From Narcine bancroftii (Eukaryota): DNA of 64,000 bases. This document shows positions 40,101 to 52,400 of the stretch, one piece after another. A program made the translations under genes and the position numbers. The notes below the pieces were generated by a model. It saw only the letters and a program-made list of their open reading frames with translations. It searched no databases and was not told the origin of the DNA. Location: assembly GCF_036971445.1 (NCBI RefSeq), contig NC_091469.1, forward strand, positions 268,460,001 to 268,524,000. The letters are read 5' to 3'. The first letter of the stretch is position 1. The number at the start of each line of letters is the position of its first letter.

Positions 40101-43100
40101 CCATGACTTTAAGCTGCTCAATATTTGGATTTTACCCCAAAGAAATCTTAGTAACTTGGCTCAAAAATGGTAAAAACATGGACGAATGCCCAACTGATAA
40201 AAAAATAATTGAACAAGATGGACTCTATGACTTGACAAGTAATTTGAAGGTTGTCCCCACTAACTCTACACTAAAATATACGTGCCAAGTAGAACATGTG
40301 AGCCTTTCGAAACCTATAAAGACTGATTGGGTACCTGGTAAAATGAGTAAGTAACAAACTTTCAATTTTGAACTTCTGAAAAAATAAGTAGCTGGTAATG
40401 AATGGATATCTGATGAAAGTGTTTAGAATTTCCTTTTTTTTGGAGAATTTTATTTATCGTTTGCATCAATACAAATACTAATTCAATAAAGATAATATCT
40501 TATAGCAACATAATACAAAATTTTTATCTATTTTCTCCCCCACCCCCTCCCTCCTAGCCCCCAAAGAAAAGAAAGAGAGAAAAACACCTAAATCTATACT
40601 TTGAATATTTATTTTACTATAGTTATTTTTTTCTAACTATTAATTGTTAACTGAGAGGACTGGGTGATGTGGAGAATGTAGATGGACTTTTATTCACGAA
40701 ATCCATATACGTTTCCCAGATCTTATAAAAACTCCCAATATGATTCCTTAAACTATAAGTAATTTTTTCTAATGGTATACAGTTTTTCATTTCAGTGTTC
40801 CGTTTATCTACTTTTACACAGAACTAAACCGAATGTAAAAAAAAAGTCCTTTTTACATCAAAAGCATTTATCAGAATAATTGGAGTTAAGTCTATTTAAT
40901 TTATGTAGTGTATAGTATAGTTGATGTAGAAAATTGTTTTGAACCATTTCATATCTGGCATTAATCGTATTTGTAACACTCGCTTGACCATATTTCTTCT
41001 TGAATTTGTAGACTTAAATCTTTTTCCCACCTTTGTTTAGATTTATATAAATCCTTTTTTCTCCCATAGTATCTTGCAATTTTATATACATAATAATCAT
41101 ATAACAATTACAGTATGGAAACAGGCCATCTCGGCCCCTCTGGTCTGTACTGACCTAAGTGAACTCCTCTAGTCCCACCAACCTGCATTTTGCCCATAAC
41201 CCTCCAATTCCCTCTCATCCACATACCTATCCAACCTTTTCTTAAATTACAAAATTGACTTTGCAGTGACCACCTCTTCCAAAAGGTCATTCCACTCAGC
41301 CACCACTCTCTGAGGGAAGAAGTTTCCTCTTGTATTACTTCTAAACTTTTACCCCCAACTCTTAATTTGTGACCTCTTGTTAGTAATAAATTTCTTAATA
41401 AATGTACCTGTAATTAAATGTTCAAATTGACTTTGCTCTGCAAGTCTTAGATTCGTACCTAATTTCCTTTTTAAATAAGATTTGTTGACAATATGCAAAA
41501 ATTGTGTTATTTTGCATGTCATATCCACAGGAAGCCCTTCACTGACACTGAGAGAGCATACAAAATCCTTATGGACAGCGCTAGATTCAAAGCTGAGTCT
41601 CTGGTACTGCAGTAATGTTATGCTATCTGCAATACTAACAATGCAGTGTGGAAATTATATCCATATAACAATTTTCAGTACAGAAACAGGCCATATTGGC
41701 CCTTCTCGTCTGCACCGATTTACGTGAAAGTCCACTAGTTCCACCTATCCACTTCCATGTCCATAACCCTCCAATCCCCTCACATCCATGTACTCCTCTT
41801 CTTCTTTGGCTTGGCTTCGCGGACGAAGATTTATGGAGGGGGTAAAAGTCCACGTCAGCTGCAGGCTCGATTGTGGCTGACAAGTCCGATGCGGGACAGG
41901 CAGACACGGTTGCAGCGGTTGCAGGGGAAAATTGGTTGGTTGGGGTTGGGTGTTGGGTTTTTCCTCCTTTGTCTTTTGTCAGTGAGGTGGGCTCTGCGGT
42001 CTTCTTCAAAGGAGGTTGCTGCCCGCCGAACTGTGAGGCGCCAAGATGCATGATTTGAGGCGAGATCAGCCCACTGGCGGTGGTCAATGTGGCAGGCACC
42101 AAGAGATTTCTTTAGGCAGTCCTTGTACCTCTTCTTTGGTGCACCTCTGTCACGGTGGCCAGTGGAGAGCTCGCCATATAACACGATCTTGGGAAGGCGA
42201 TGGTCCTCCATTCTGGAGACGTGACCCACCCAGCGCAGCTGGATCTTCAGCAGCGTGGAGTCGATGCTGTCGGCCGCTGCCATCTCGAGTACTTCGATGT
42301 TAGGGATGAAGTCGCTCCAATGAATTTTGAGGATGGAGCGGAGACAACGCTGGTGGAAGCGTTCTAGGAGCCGTAGGTGATGCCGGTAGAGGACCCATGA
42401 TTCGGAGCCGAACAGGTGTGTGGGTATGACAACGGCTCTGTATACGCTTATCTTTGTGAGGTTTTTCAGTTGGTTGTTTTTCCAGACTCTTTTATGTAGT
42501 CTTCCAAAGGCGCTATTTACCTTGGAGAGTCTGTTGTCTATCTCGTTGTCGATCCTTGCATCTGATGAAATGGTGCAGCCGAGATAGGTAAACTGGTTGA
42601 CCGTTTTGAGTTTTGTGTGCCCGATGGAGATGTGGGGGGGCTGGTAGTCATGGTGGGGAGCTGGCTGATGGAGGACCTCAGTTTTCTTCAGGCTGAATTC
42701 CAGGCCAAACATTTTGGCAGTTTCCGCAAAACAGGACGTCAAGCGCTGAAGAGCTGGCTCTGAATGGGCAACTAAAGCGGCATCATCTGCAAAGAGTAGT
42801 TCACGGACAAGTTGCTCTTGTGTCTTGGTGTGAGCTTGCAGGCGCCTCAGATTGAAGAGACTGCCATCCATGCGGTACCGGATATAAACAGCGTCTTCAT
42901 TGTTGAGGTCTTTCATGGCTTGTTTCAACATCATGCTGAAGAAGATTGAAAAGAGGGTTGGTGCGAGAACACAGCCTTGCTTCACGCCCTTGTTAATGGA
43001 GAAGGGTTCAGAGAGCTCATTGCTGTATCTGACCCGACCTTGTTGGTTTTCGTGCAGTTGGATAATCATGTTGAGGAACTTTGGGGGGCATCCGATGCGC

Positions 43101-46100
43101 TCTAGTATTTGCCAAAGCCCTTTCCTGCTCACGGTGTCGAAGGCTTTGGTGAGGTCAACAAAGGTGATGTAGAGTCCTTTGTTTTGTTCTCTGCACTTTT
43201 CTTGGAGCTGTCTGAGGGCAAAGACCATGTCAGTAGTTCCTCTGTTTGTGCGAAAGCCGCACTGTGATTCTGGGAGAATATTCTCGGCGACACTAGGTAT
43301 TATTCTATTTAGGAGAATCCTAGCGAAGATTTTGCCTGCAATGGAGAGCAGCGTGATTCCCCTGTAGTTTGAGCAGTCTGATTTCTCGCCTTTGTTTTTG
43401 TACAGGGTGATGATGATGGCATCACGAAGGTCCTGAGGCAGTTTTCCTTGGTCCCAACAAAGCTTGAAAAACTCATGCAGTTTGGCATGCAGAGTTTTGC
43501 CGCCAGCCTTCCAGACCTCTGGGGGGGATTCCATCCCTACCTGCTGCTTTGCCACTTTTCAGTTGTTCGATTGCCTTATATGTCTCATCCTGCTCTAGCC
43601 TTAGGGGCTGTTGAGGGAGCTGGAGCAGGGCGGAATCTTGGACTGAGCGGTTGGCACTGAAAAGAGATTGGAAGTGTTCTGACCATCGGATGAGGATGGA
43701 GATCTTGTCGCTGAGGAGGACTTTGCCGTCTGAGCTGTGCAGCGGGCTTTGGACTTGGGGTGAGGGGCCGTACACAGCCTTTAGAGCCTCATAGAAACCC
43801 CTGAAGTCGCCAATGTCCACACTGAGTTGGGTTCGCTTGGCGAGGCTAGTCCACCACTCATTTTGGATCTCCTGGAGTTTTCGCTGAAGATGGCTGCATG
43901 CGCGACGGAAGGCTTGTTCCTTCTCGGGACAGGACGGCTTTGTAAGGTGAGCCTGGTAGGCAGCTCGCTTCTTTGCCAGCAGCTCCTGGATTTCCTGGCT
44001 GTTATCGTCGAACCAGTCCTTGTTTTTCCTGGAGGAGAAGCCCAGTACCTCTTCAGTGGATTGCAGTATGGTAGTCTTCATCTGATCCCAGAGGGTTTCA
44101 GGGGACGAGTCCGTGAGGCGGATTGCATCGTGTAAGTTAAAACATCATGAGATGGGAATGTGTAAGGAGTTACCCTGTACAGGGCTGTAACAAGATGTGA
44201 ATGCATCCTTGTACTTACAAGATAAGAGAGACATTGATGGATTGAGAGGCAGGAAGCTAGCAGGGAAAGGATAGCAACAGTTTTAGTCATTGGACAAGTA
44301 ATGATATGATGATGTTCTAAGCACGTATCCAAGGGTATAAAAAATCACCATTTTGCTGATAACGGCAGAATGCATTCTCCGACTAACATGGTTAGTCGCA
44401 AGTGTTACAATCCGGTAATAAAGAACAAAGAACCCTGATTTCGACTCAGTCTGGTGTTTGTCTCACTCATTCATGAACAAAGCAGACCTAACAATTTGGT
44501 GACCCCGACGTGATGGGTGAGTGAACACTGGACGACGGTTTCTGTTTTTTCTGACAATCATCTCAGCCGGCTGATAAAAAGGTCCAGAGAAGCCTGTTTT
44601 AACAAAATTCTCTTTTTTTTTTAAAATCTTTATGATTGTCAGTAAGAACTGGAGATCGGACAAATTAGACGACCACAATTGAAGGTCGCATGCCAGGATT
44701 GTAACACGTAAGTGATTACAGACAAGATAAAAGTCCTTAAGGTGTTTGAATGACATTTATTAAGTGCTTCGCAAGAAACTACTAGAGTTTAAAAGTCTTT
44801 ATTGTGTCGTTGCAAAGTCCAATAGAGTGAGAAGGTGGTCTATAAACAATTGAGGACCTGAGTTTTCTGCCCTAAACTGGTTATTAAGAGGAGAAATCTC
44901 CCACGTGAAGGTTGGGCTTTGAAAGAAAACAAAGGTTCAGGCTTATTGGCCTCAATTGTATCTGAGAGACTGACTTATAAATGTCCGGTAGGTATGATAA
45001 TGTCTGTACACTTGAGAAGTTAAGAATTTATTTCCCCAATTCGCCGTGGTGGAATACCACAGCAGACACTAGAGACCTTGAGACAACAAAAAAAGTACTC
45101 AGGGACGCCTGCCTGGTGAACAAGAACGACGACAGAAGGCTGCGACAGCTGTGTCCGGATCAGGTAGGAGATATTAATGAAAAAGTTGACAAACTCCTAA
45201 GAGACACCCAGTTTATTCGAAATACTTTTGATAAGTTAAATGAGGGTATTCCCAACATCACCAAGGAGATAAAGTTACGTAAATTCATAGATTGGTACAG
45301 GGAAACAGGACAAAAGTATAGCCCAAATATTTGGTTTTCTAGTTGTAATTTAACTTTCAGACCCCTTTGGGAAAACAGAGAGTGGAAAACGAGCAATCAG
45401 AGTATACAGGACAGTCTGAAGTCAATTGGAGGACAAGACTTAGAGACTGTTCCTTTAAAAGATATTAGTCATCCAGCTTGCAAGGAGACATTTTTAAAAG
45501 CAATTTTCGTTGACATAGATCCCCTAAATGGACAAGAACCTAAATTAAAACAGGCATTAGAAAGCGGTCCCGCAGCTTTGGCTGTACAGTTGCCTGCTAA
45601 GACTTTTGACCAAGTTATTAAGGAAATTAATCAGGAATTAGAGGAGCGAAATACCAGTAATGCGGCATTGGAAAAACAAAAAATGCTCCAAAAATGTGTA
45701 GACCGCTGGAGGAAGAGGGGTTGGTTACCCGGGGGCACTGAGATGTTCCTGACAGGTGAGGGAAACAAAATTCTAAAGCGTAGTGTCTTAGATAAGCTGG
45801 AAGAAACAAAACACAGAAGGGAAAGGAAAAGTGCCTGTTTCCAGTTTCCAGCCACGAAGTGTCCGGGTTTGCTCTCTCCCTCCCTCCTTTCACCCTCCCC
45901 TCTCTCTCTTCTCTCCCCTCTCTCTCTCTTCTCCCCCCCCTCCTCTCTCACCCACTCCCCCTCCCAATCCCAATCTGTGGCGGTGCTGCCCTGAAATCCC
46001 CAGGTTGGGCAGGGCAGAGAAATACAATTTGGTTTTAATTTTGTGCCCACAATTCCAGCTCCGCATCAAATGGGATCCTGTTTTATCCTCTCTCCCTCCC

Positions 46101-46376
46101 TCTTTCCCGCACCCCCACCATTGCGGGATCAGGGCAGACATTGTGGGCTGACGTGTAGCTCACTCGAGGTGGGAGGGAAGGAAGGAGTGATAGTTCCCAG
46201 TGGTGGGAGACCCAATCTGATCCAGACCAGTGATCACAGGATGAGAACCTTTTAAAACCTTTGAAACGAAAGTGTTAATCTGAAGACTTTTCTCCCAGTG
46301 GGGCCAGTGCAAGGCATTTTCTCTCTCTATCTCTTGTGCTCTGTGTATCTGCCTCTCTATCTCTTTCTCTCGCTAT

Positions 46377-46436
<60 letters not shown>

Positions 46437-49400
46437 TCTCTGGATGTATATGATGTCATGTATGTACTCTGACAATAAATCATTTATAAGTGAGTCTTAT
46501 ACAATTAAACAAAACGGGACACAGAAAACAAAATCTTTAATCGCGAGTCAGCAAAAAAGAGGGTGAGAGACAAGGAGATGCAGTACCGCGATGTCCTAGC
46601 TATATTCGAAGAATTTGGTCTCCCTGATAACCCACCTATTATGGCCCCTGTAGAAATAGCTTGTAGACCCCCGCCCTATGCATATGTGGAGTCACAAGGT
46701 GCCCCTGGCACCCCAGATGGGATCCTGGAGTCACGTCCCTTATATCCAGATATTGAGACACTGGGGTGTGACAAGAACCGCGGGAATAGGGACACATCAG
46801 ACGAGGTACAGGCCCCTTTAATAAAAATAGAAGGGGGAGTAATAGATGTAGAGACCCCTCTGGAGTCCAAGAAAATAGAAAAGGAGTTAGAGATACAGAA
46901 ATGGAACATGAAAAAGGTTCAGGATAACATTAAAAACTTAAACAGAGATATTAATGTGCTGGGGCAGATCAGTGAGGATCAAAAAGAATTAATGGTAGGT
47001 GTATTGAAGGAAGTGGAAAAGATAACTACAACACTGTCAGGAGAAATTAAAGCTGAAGGAATGGTAATAGGAGTAAAGGACGAAAAGTGTAGTACAGATG
47101 AGGAAACGAGATACGATCCACCATGGGAGGAAAGTAAAAGGAAAAGACTCGGGAGGGAGAAAAATAGACATGCCTATCTGGACATAGTTAGGACAAAAGA
47201 GAAAGATGTGAAACAACTAAACTATGGCTGAAAAGATTATCTTAGAGATGAACGTGACCAATATACCTTTGACCCTGAGACATTGGAAGCTGATAGGGAC
47301 AGTGACAGTGACGAAGAAGAGTCAGAACAAGGTGGGATAAATAAATGCATGCCAAGAGTAAAGAAGGAGCAGAAATCCCCAAAATTGAGATATCAATGCC
47401 CATTACTGATCACGGGACGGGGAACTCAAAAATATGTACCCTGGTCACGAATGGACTTAGAGAGTTTAATGAAAAAACTACCTCCGTTGAGTAATGGGGC
47501 TAGTCCATGGATTTCTTGTTTTGAGCGAGAAACCTGCCAAGAACAATTAGCACTCGCAGATGTCAGAACTATCATGATAAGATTAAAGGCAGAAGGGGCC
47601 CTGAAGCAAATAGAGAGAATTGTAAGAAGCAGTAAATTGGGGGATGAAATAGAATTTAACCCACTTCGGAATAAATTTTGGGAAGCACTTAGAGAAACAT
47701 TTCCTACACCCTATAGTTTGGATGCCTTGGTAACCCTTCAACTAAAGGAAGGAGAGACTGCACACGAGTATTTCACTCGAGCATGGGACTTATGGGAAAC
47801 AGGGACTGGAGAAAGACCCGACCACAGCCCCTTAGGAAGGGCTCACTTTCGTAATGGGATAATAAACGGACTACCTGCTACGGTTCAAGCAAAATTAAGG
47901 GACATTGTGGGAGTAGAGACAATGTCAGAGGATTTGTGGAAAAGACACCTGACACATGCAATCAAACGACATCGTCAATCAGAGCATGCTAGGTCAGAAA
48001 GTGCGTCCCAGAAGGAGGTGGACAAGACAACCGATAAATTGGTGAGAGCCATAGAACATATAGGGGTTAAATTAGCGGCCCAACAGATAGTCCCACAGGT
48101 CATGGGGCCAGTGATAAATCCGGGACCCCAAGTAAGAAATGGTTGGGAAAGACAGCTAGGTACAATGTATAGAGGGGAACATGCAGTATGCTGGTACTGC
48201 CAAAATCCTGGACACTACCAGCGGAACTGTCCGGAGGCTGGGAGAGCAAGGGGAAAAAGATTACCCTCTATTAGAGGCTATCGGGGAAGAGGAGGAAACT
48301 TAAGAGGACAAGCAAGGGGTAGGGGTGGACACATTGATGGGCCCCAGAGAATCGGGGGGTGGCAGAGTGATCAACAAGTCCAGGCACCTCAGTGTAATGA
48401 CTATATTGAGGAAGGTGCTGAATTTGATTATTGAAGGTGCCCTGGAGAATCAAAAATCACGCCTCCCTGGGAGCCACCAAAAATTTGGGGGACGGTAAAT
48501 GGAGAAAAAATTGAATTTATGGTTGACACAGGGGCAGCAGTTACGACAGTGATTAAAAAACCCCCAGGGAGCACATTTTCGGGCAAAACATTATCTACAA
48601 TAGGATTCTCCGGGATAAGGGAAACACAGCCCTATACAGATAACATCGACATGACATTTGGACGACAAAGGGTTAAAACGCCTGTCCTGGTTGTGCCAAG
48701 TTGCCCCATTAATTTATTAGCAAGGGACATTCTTACCAAACTAGGAATAACCATACAATGTTCTGAGAAGGGCCTTCGGTTAACATACCCAGGGGATACA
48801 ATAAGAAGGGGAGGACAGTTTATAGTAATGACCCCATCTAACGCTTCAGAAGACTCTGTGGAGGTTAGTATTTTCTGGAGTCGGCTACTGTATGATGAAC
48901 CAGGCCCAGGGCTGGTTAAACAGTTTTTTGAGTGGAGGGCCAGTATTCCTCGGTATGGGGATTACCATTCTCCACTAGATCCTATGCATGTTACATTAAA
49001 CTACACCATCCACCCGGACCAGGAATATGAGGAGAGGTGGGACTCTCTAAAAGAAGGGAAGACAGAAACGATACATTGTCCATTTATCTTTGTAGGTAAG
49101 GAGGGAATAGCTGCTATGGTTGTCATGACAGAAGAACAAATGGAGTGGTTCTGCTTAGGAGTAGAAAGTGTGCCTCATGTGACCTTGGGTATTGCCAAAG
49201 ATCATCACGCTCGACAGCTGGGTCCGATGGTAAAGGAAGCGATAGGGTGTGAATACAGGCAGACAGAAATCCCGGGATATTCCACCTCGGAGGGAGGAAA
49301 ATTTGTCAGACTGAATATTGAAGCATGGGACCAGGTAGTGAATGAGAAAGTAGAAAGAGACCGAGCCATAGAAGGAGAAAATATTGATCACAGAGACTCA

Positions 49401-52400
49401 GACAAATATCTTTCTAATCTGAGTCCACATATATGGACAACGGGGCCCTATGATGTGGGAGTAATGAAAGGAGAGGTATTTCTAGAATTGGCCAACCCCG
49501 GGCAGAAACCAATATGGAGAAAACAATACCGCTTGTCGCCCAGTCAGGAGGAGGGTATTAAAGGAACGATAGAAGGGTTAATGGAGTCAGGGGTTTTAAG
49601 GGCAGCACCTGACAGTATGTGGAACACGCCCATCATGCCTGTTCCCAAACCGGGTAGAAAAGACTGGAGGATGGTACACGACCTCCGGGAGATTAACTTG
49701 GCTACCAAGACCATCGGGAGACCAGTCCCAGACCCATATGTAGCACTTAGGGCTCTGAGTCCGGAGCACGAATACTATACTGTCATTGATCTGGCAAACG
49801 CATTCTTCTGCTTGAAATTAGCTGAGGAATGCCAAGACTGGTTCACTTTCACTTACCAAGCACATCGGTACACATACACTAGATTACCTCAGGGTTATAA
49901 GGATAGTCCAGGACTGTTCAATCAGGCCCTTAGCGAATCCTAATGAAATTAAAGCTCCCGGAAGATGTTACACTGATTCAGTATGTAGACGACCTACTAT
50001 TAGCAGGGAAAACGCCACATGAGTGCCTGACAGGGACAGCAGTTTTACTCAAGGGGTTAGGCGAGGCTGGATTTAAAGTAAAAAGGTCGAAATGTCAGAT
50101 CGGAAGGAGGGTGGTAACTTTCCTAGGAAGACTCGTGGGTAAAAACGGTACGGCCATGTCTGAGGCACATAGAGAAAAGATACTAGGGTATCGAAAACCT
50201 ACTACAGTACAGGTCATGCTTCCCCGGGCTCTGAGCCTAATTAAGGTGGCGGGCCATTCCCCAGATAACACAAAGGAAGGGAAGGGAAACACGGCGGCTG
50301 ACAGGGCAGCCAAACAGGTTACTGGTTATCATGAACATATACAGGGGATGATTTTGAGGTCCCATAACAAAAAAAATGAATCTGAAACTAAGGAGACTTG
50401 TAGCAGATTGAATGACTACACAGATGAGAAGGGAGAGGGACCCCCACCGAATATTGAGCACCTAATAGAAATACAGGAAAAAGCTAGCCCAAGTGAGAAA
50501 GAGGAATGGATGAAACGCGGTGCCACTCGACAGGAGATCAGCTATGAAAATCAGACAGTACATGTTTGGCGCTCCCCTATAGGTACGATAGTTGCCCCTC
50601 GTCAATTACTCCCACTATTATTTGAAGAAGCTCATGGGCCGACTCACATTAGCGCCACCAAAACTTATAATACGCTTAAACAACATTGGTGGAATCCCCA
50701 CTTACGCGAGCACATTGACAACTTTAGAGCTGAATGTACTATCTGCAACGGGGATAACCAAAGGATCACCTTACCCCACCCGCTTTTACGATTTCCAGTA
50801 CCGACAGCCCCGTGGAAAGAGATCTATATTGACTATACAGATATGGGTACTGACCTTAGGACAAAGGAGGGTTACCGATATCTTTTAGTGGCAGTAGATA
50901 GGTTCTCACGATGGGTGGAGGCTATTCCAACAAAGAAAGAAGATGCGGATAGTGTAATAGGCTGGCTAACGCGAGAGTTAATACCCCGCTATGGAGTCCC
51001 CAGCAGGATATGCTCTGATAATGGGTCTCATTTTAAGAATGAGCTGATCCGACAGGTTGAAGAATACCTAGGGATCAAACATCGTTTTGGTAGTGTCTAT
51101 AGGCCTGAGAGCCAGGGGTTAGTAGAAAGGGCAAACAGAATGATAAAATCTAAATTAGGGAAAGTTTTAGGGGGGACCAGGTTGAATTGGGTTGAGGCAT
51201 TGCCATTAGTACTGATGTCTATGCGACAAGAGAAGGCCAAAGATACCTTCCTGTCACCGCATGAGATTCTAACGGGTTGACCCATGCCCGGTCCAAAGAC
51301 TGATCCAGCATGGGTTAAGTTGTGGGAAGAAAGGGAAGTGGAACTAGATCATTATATGCAGATGCTGGGTAATATGGTTGCTTTAGTTTCACAACAGGTG
51401 GCGAATGCTAGTAAGGAGAACCCGGACACTGAAGGAGTTTCAGTAAAGGAGGGAGACCTGGTGTATATCCGTAAACCAGGTCTTTGCAGATGATGCCGCT
51501 TTAGTTGCCCATTCAGAGCCAGCTCTTCAGCGCTTGACGTCCTGCTTTGCGGAAACTGCCAAAATGTTTGGCCTGGAAGTCAGCCTGAAGAAAACTGAGG
51601 TCCTCCATCAGCCAGCTCCCCACCATGACTACCAGCCCCCCCACATCTCCATCGGGCACACAAAACTCAAAACGGTCAACCAGTTTACCTATCTCGGCTG
51701 CACCATTTCATCAGATGCAAGGATCGACAATGAGATAGACAACAGACTCGCCAAGGCAAATAGCGCCTTTGGAAGACTACACAAAAGAGTCTGGAAAAAC
51801 AACCAACTGAAAAACCTCACAAAGATAAGCGTATACAGAGCCGTTGTCATACCCACACTCCTGTTCGGCTCCGAATCATGGGTCCTCTACCGGCACCACC
51901 TACGGCTCCTAGAACGCTTCCACCAGCGTTGTCTCCGCTCCATCCTCAACATCCATTGGAGCGCTCACACCCCTAACGTCGAGGTACTCGAGATGGCAGA
52001 GGTCGACAGCATCGAGTCCACGCTGCTGAAGATCCAGCTGCGCTGGATGGGTCACGTCTCCAGAATGGAGGACCATCGCCTTCCCAAGATCGTATTATAT
52101 GGCGAGCTCTCCACTGGCCACCGTGACAGAGGTGCACCAAAGAAAAGGTACAAGGACTGCCTAAAGAAATCTCTTGGTGCCTGCCACATTGACCACCGCC
52201 AGTGGCCTGATAACGCCTCAAACCGTGCATCTTGGCGCCTCACAGTTTGGCGGGCAGCAGCCTCCTTTGAAGAAGACCGCAGAGCCCACCTCACTGACAA
52301 AAGGCAAAGGAGGAAAAACCCAACACCCAACCCCAACCAACCAATTTTCCCTTGCAACCGCTGCAATCGTGTCTGCCTGTCCCGCATCGGACTGGTCAGC

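Larger units (their letters stand above)
44981..48434 (+). pseudogene. gag: ERV gag (about 916 aa when restored), interrupted by a 703-bp insert and one stop
   Basis: The frame is continuous after removing 45813-46515. MA-like WRKRGWLPGGT, late motifs PPPY and LYPDI, capsid-like YVPWS..DL...LPP, knuckle CWYCQNPGHYQRNC. Internal TGA at 47229. Confidence 0.85.

Noticed and set aside
33950-40346. Immunoglobulin or TCR locus (V plus C exons; CACAGTG at about 35493)
   Set aside because: The V exon contains its own G strand and ends in a splice donor. I saw no heptamer-spacer-nonamer RSS or J segments, and the heptamer lies inside C1 coding sequence.
44981-45994. 337-aa ORF upstream of gag as a separate accessory gene (like epsilonretrovirus orf C)
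   Set aside because: Its low-complexity Ser/Pro/Leu tail comes from the 703-bp insert, and removing the insert fuses the ORF in frame with gag
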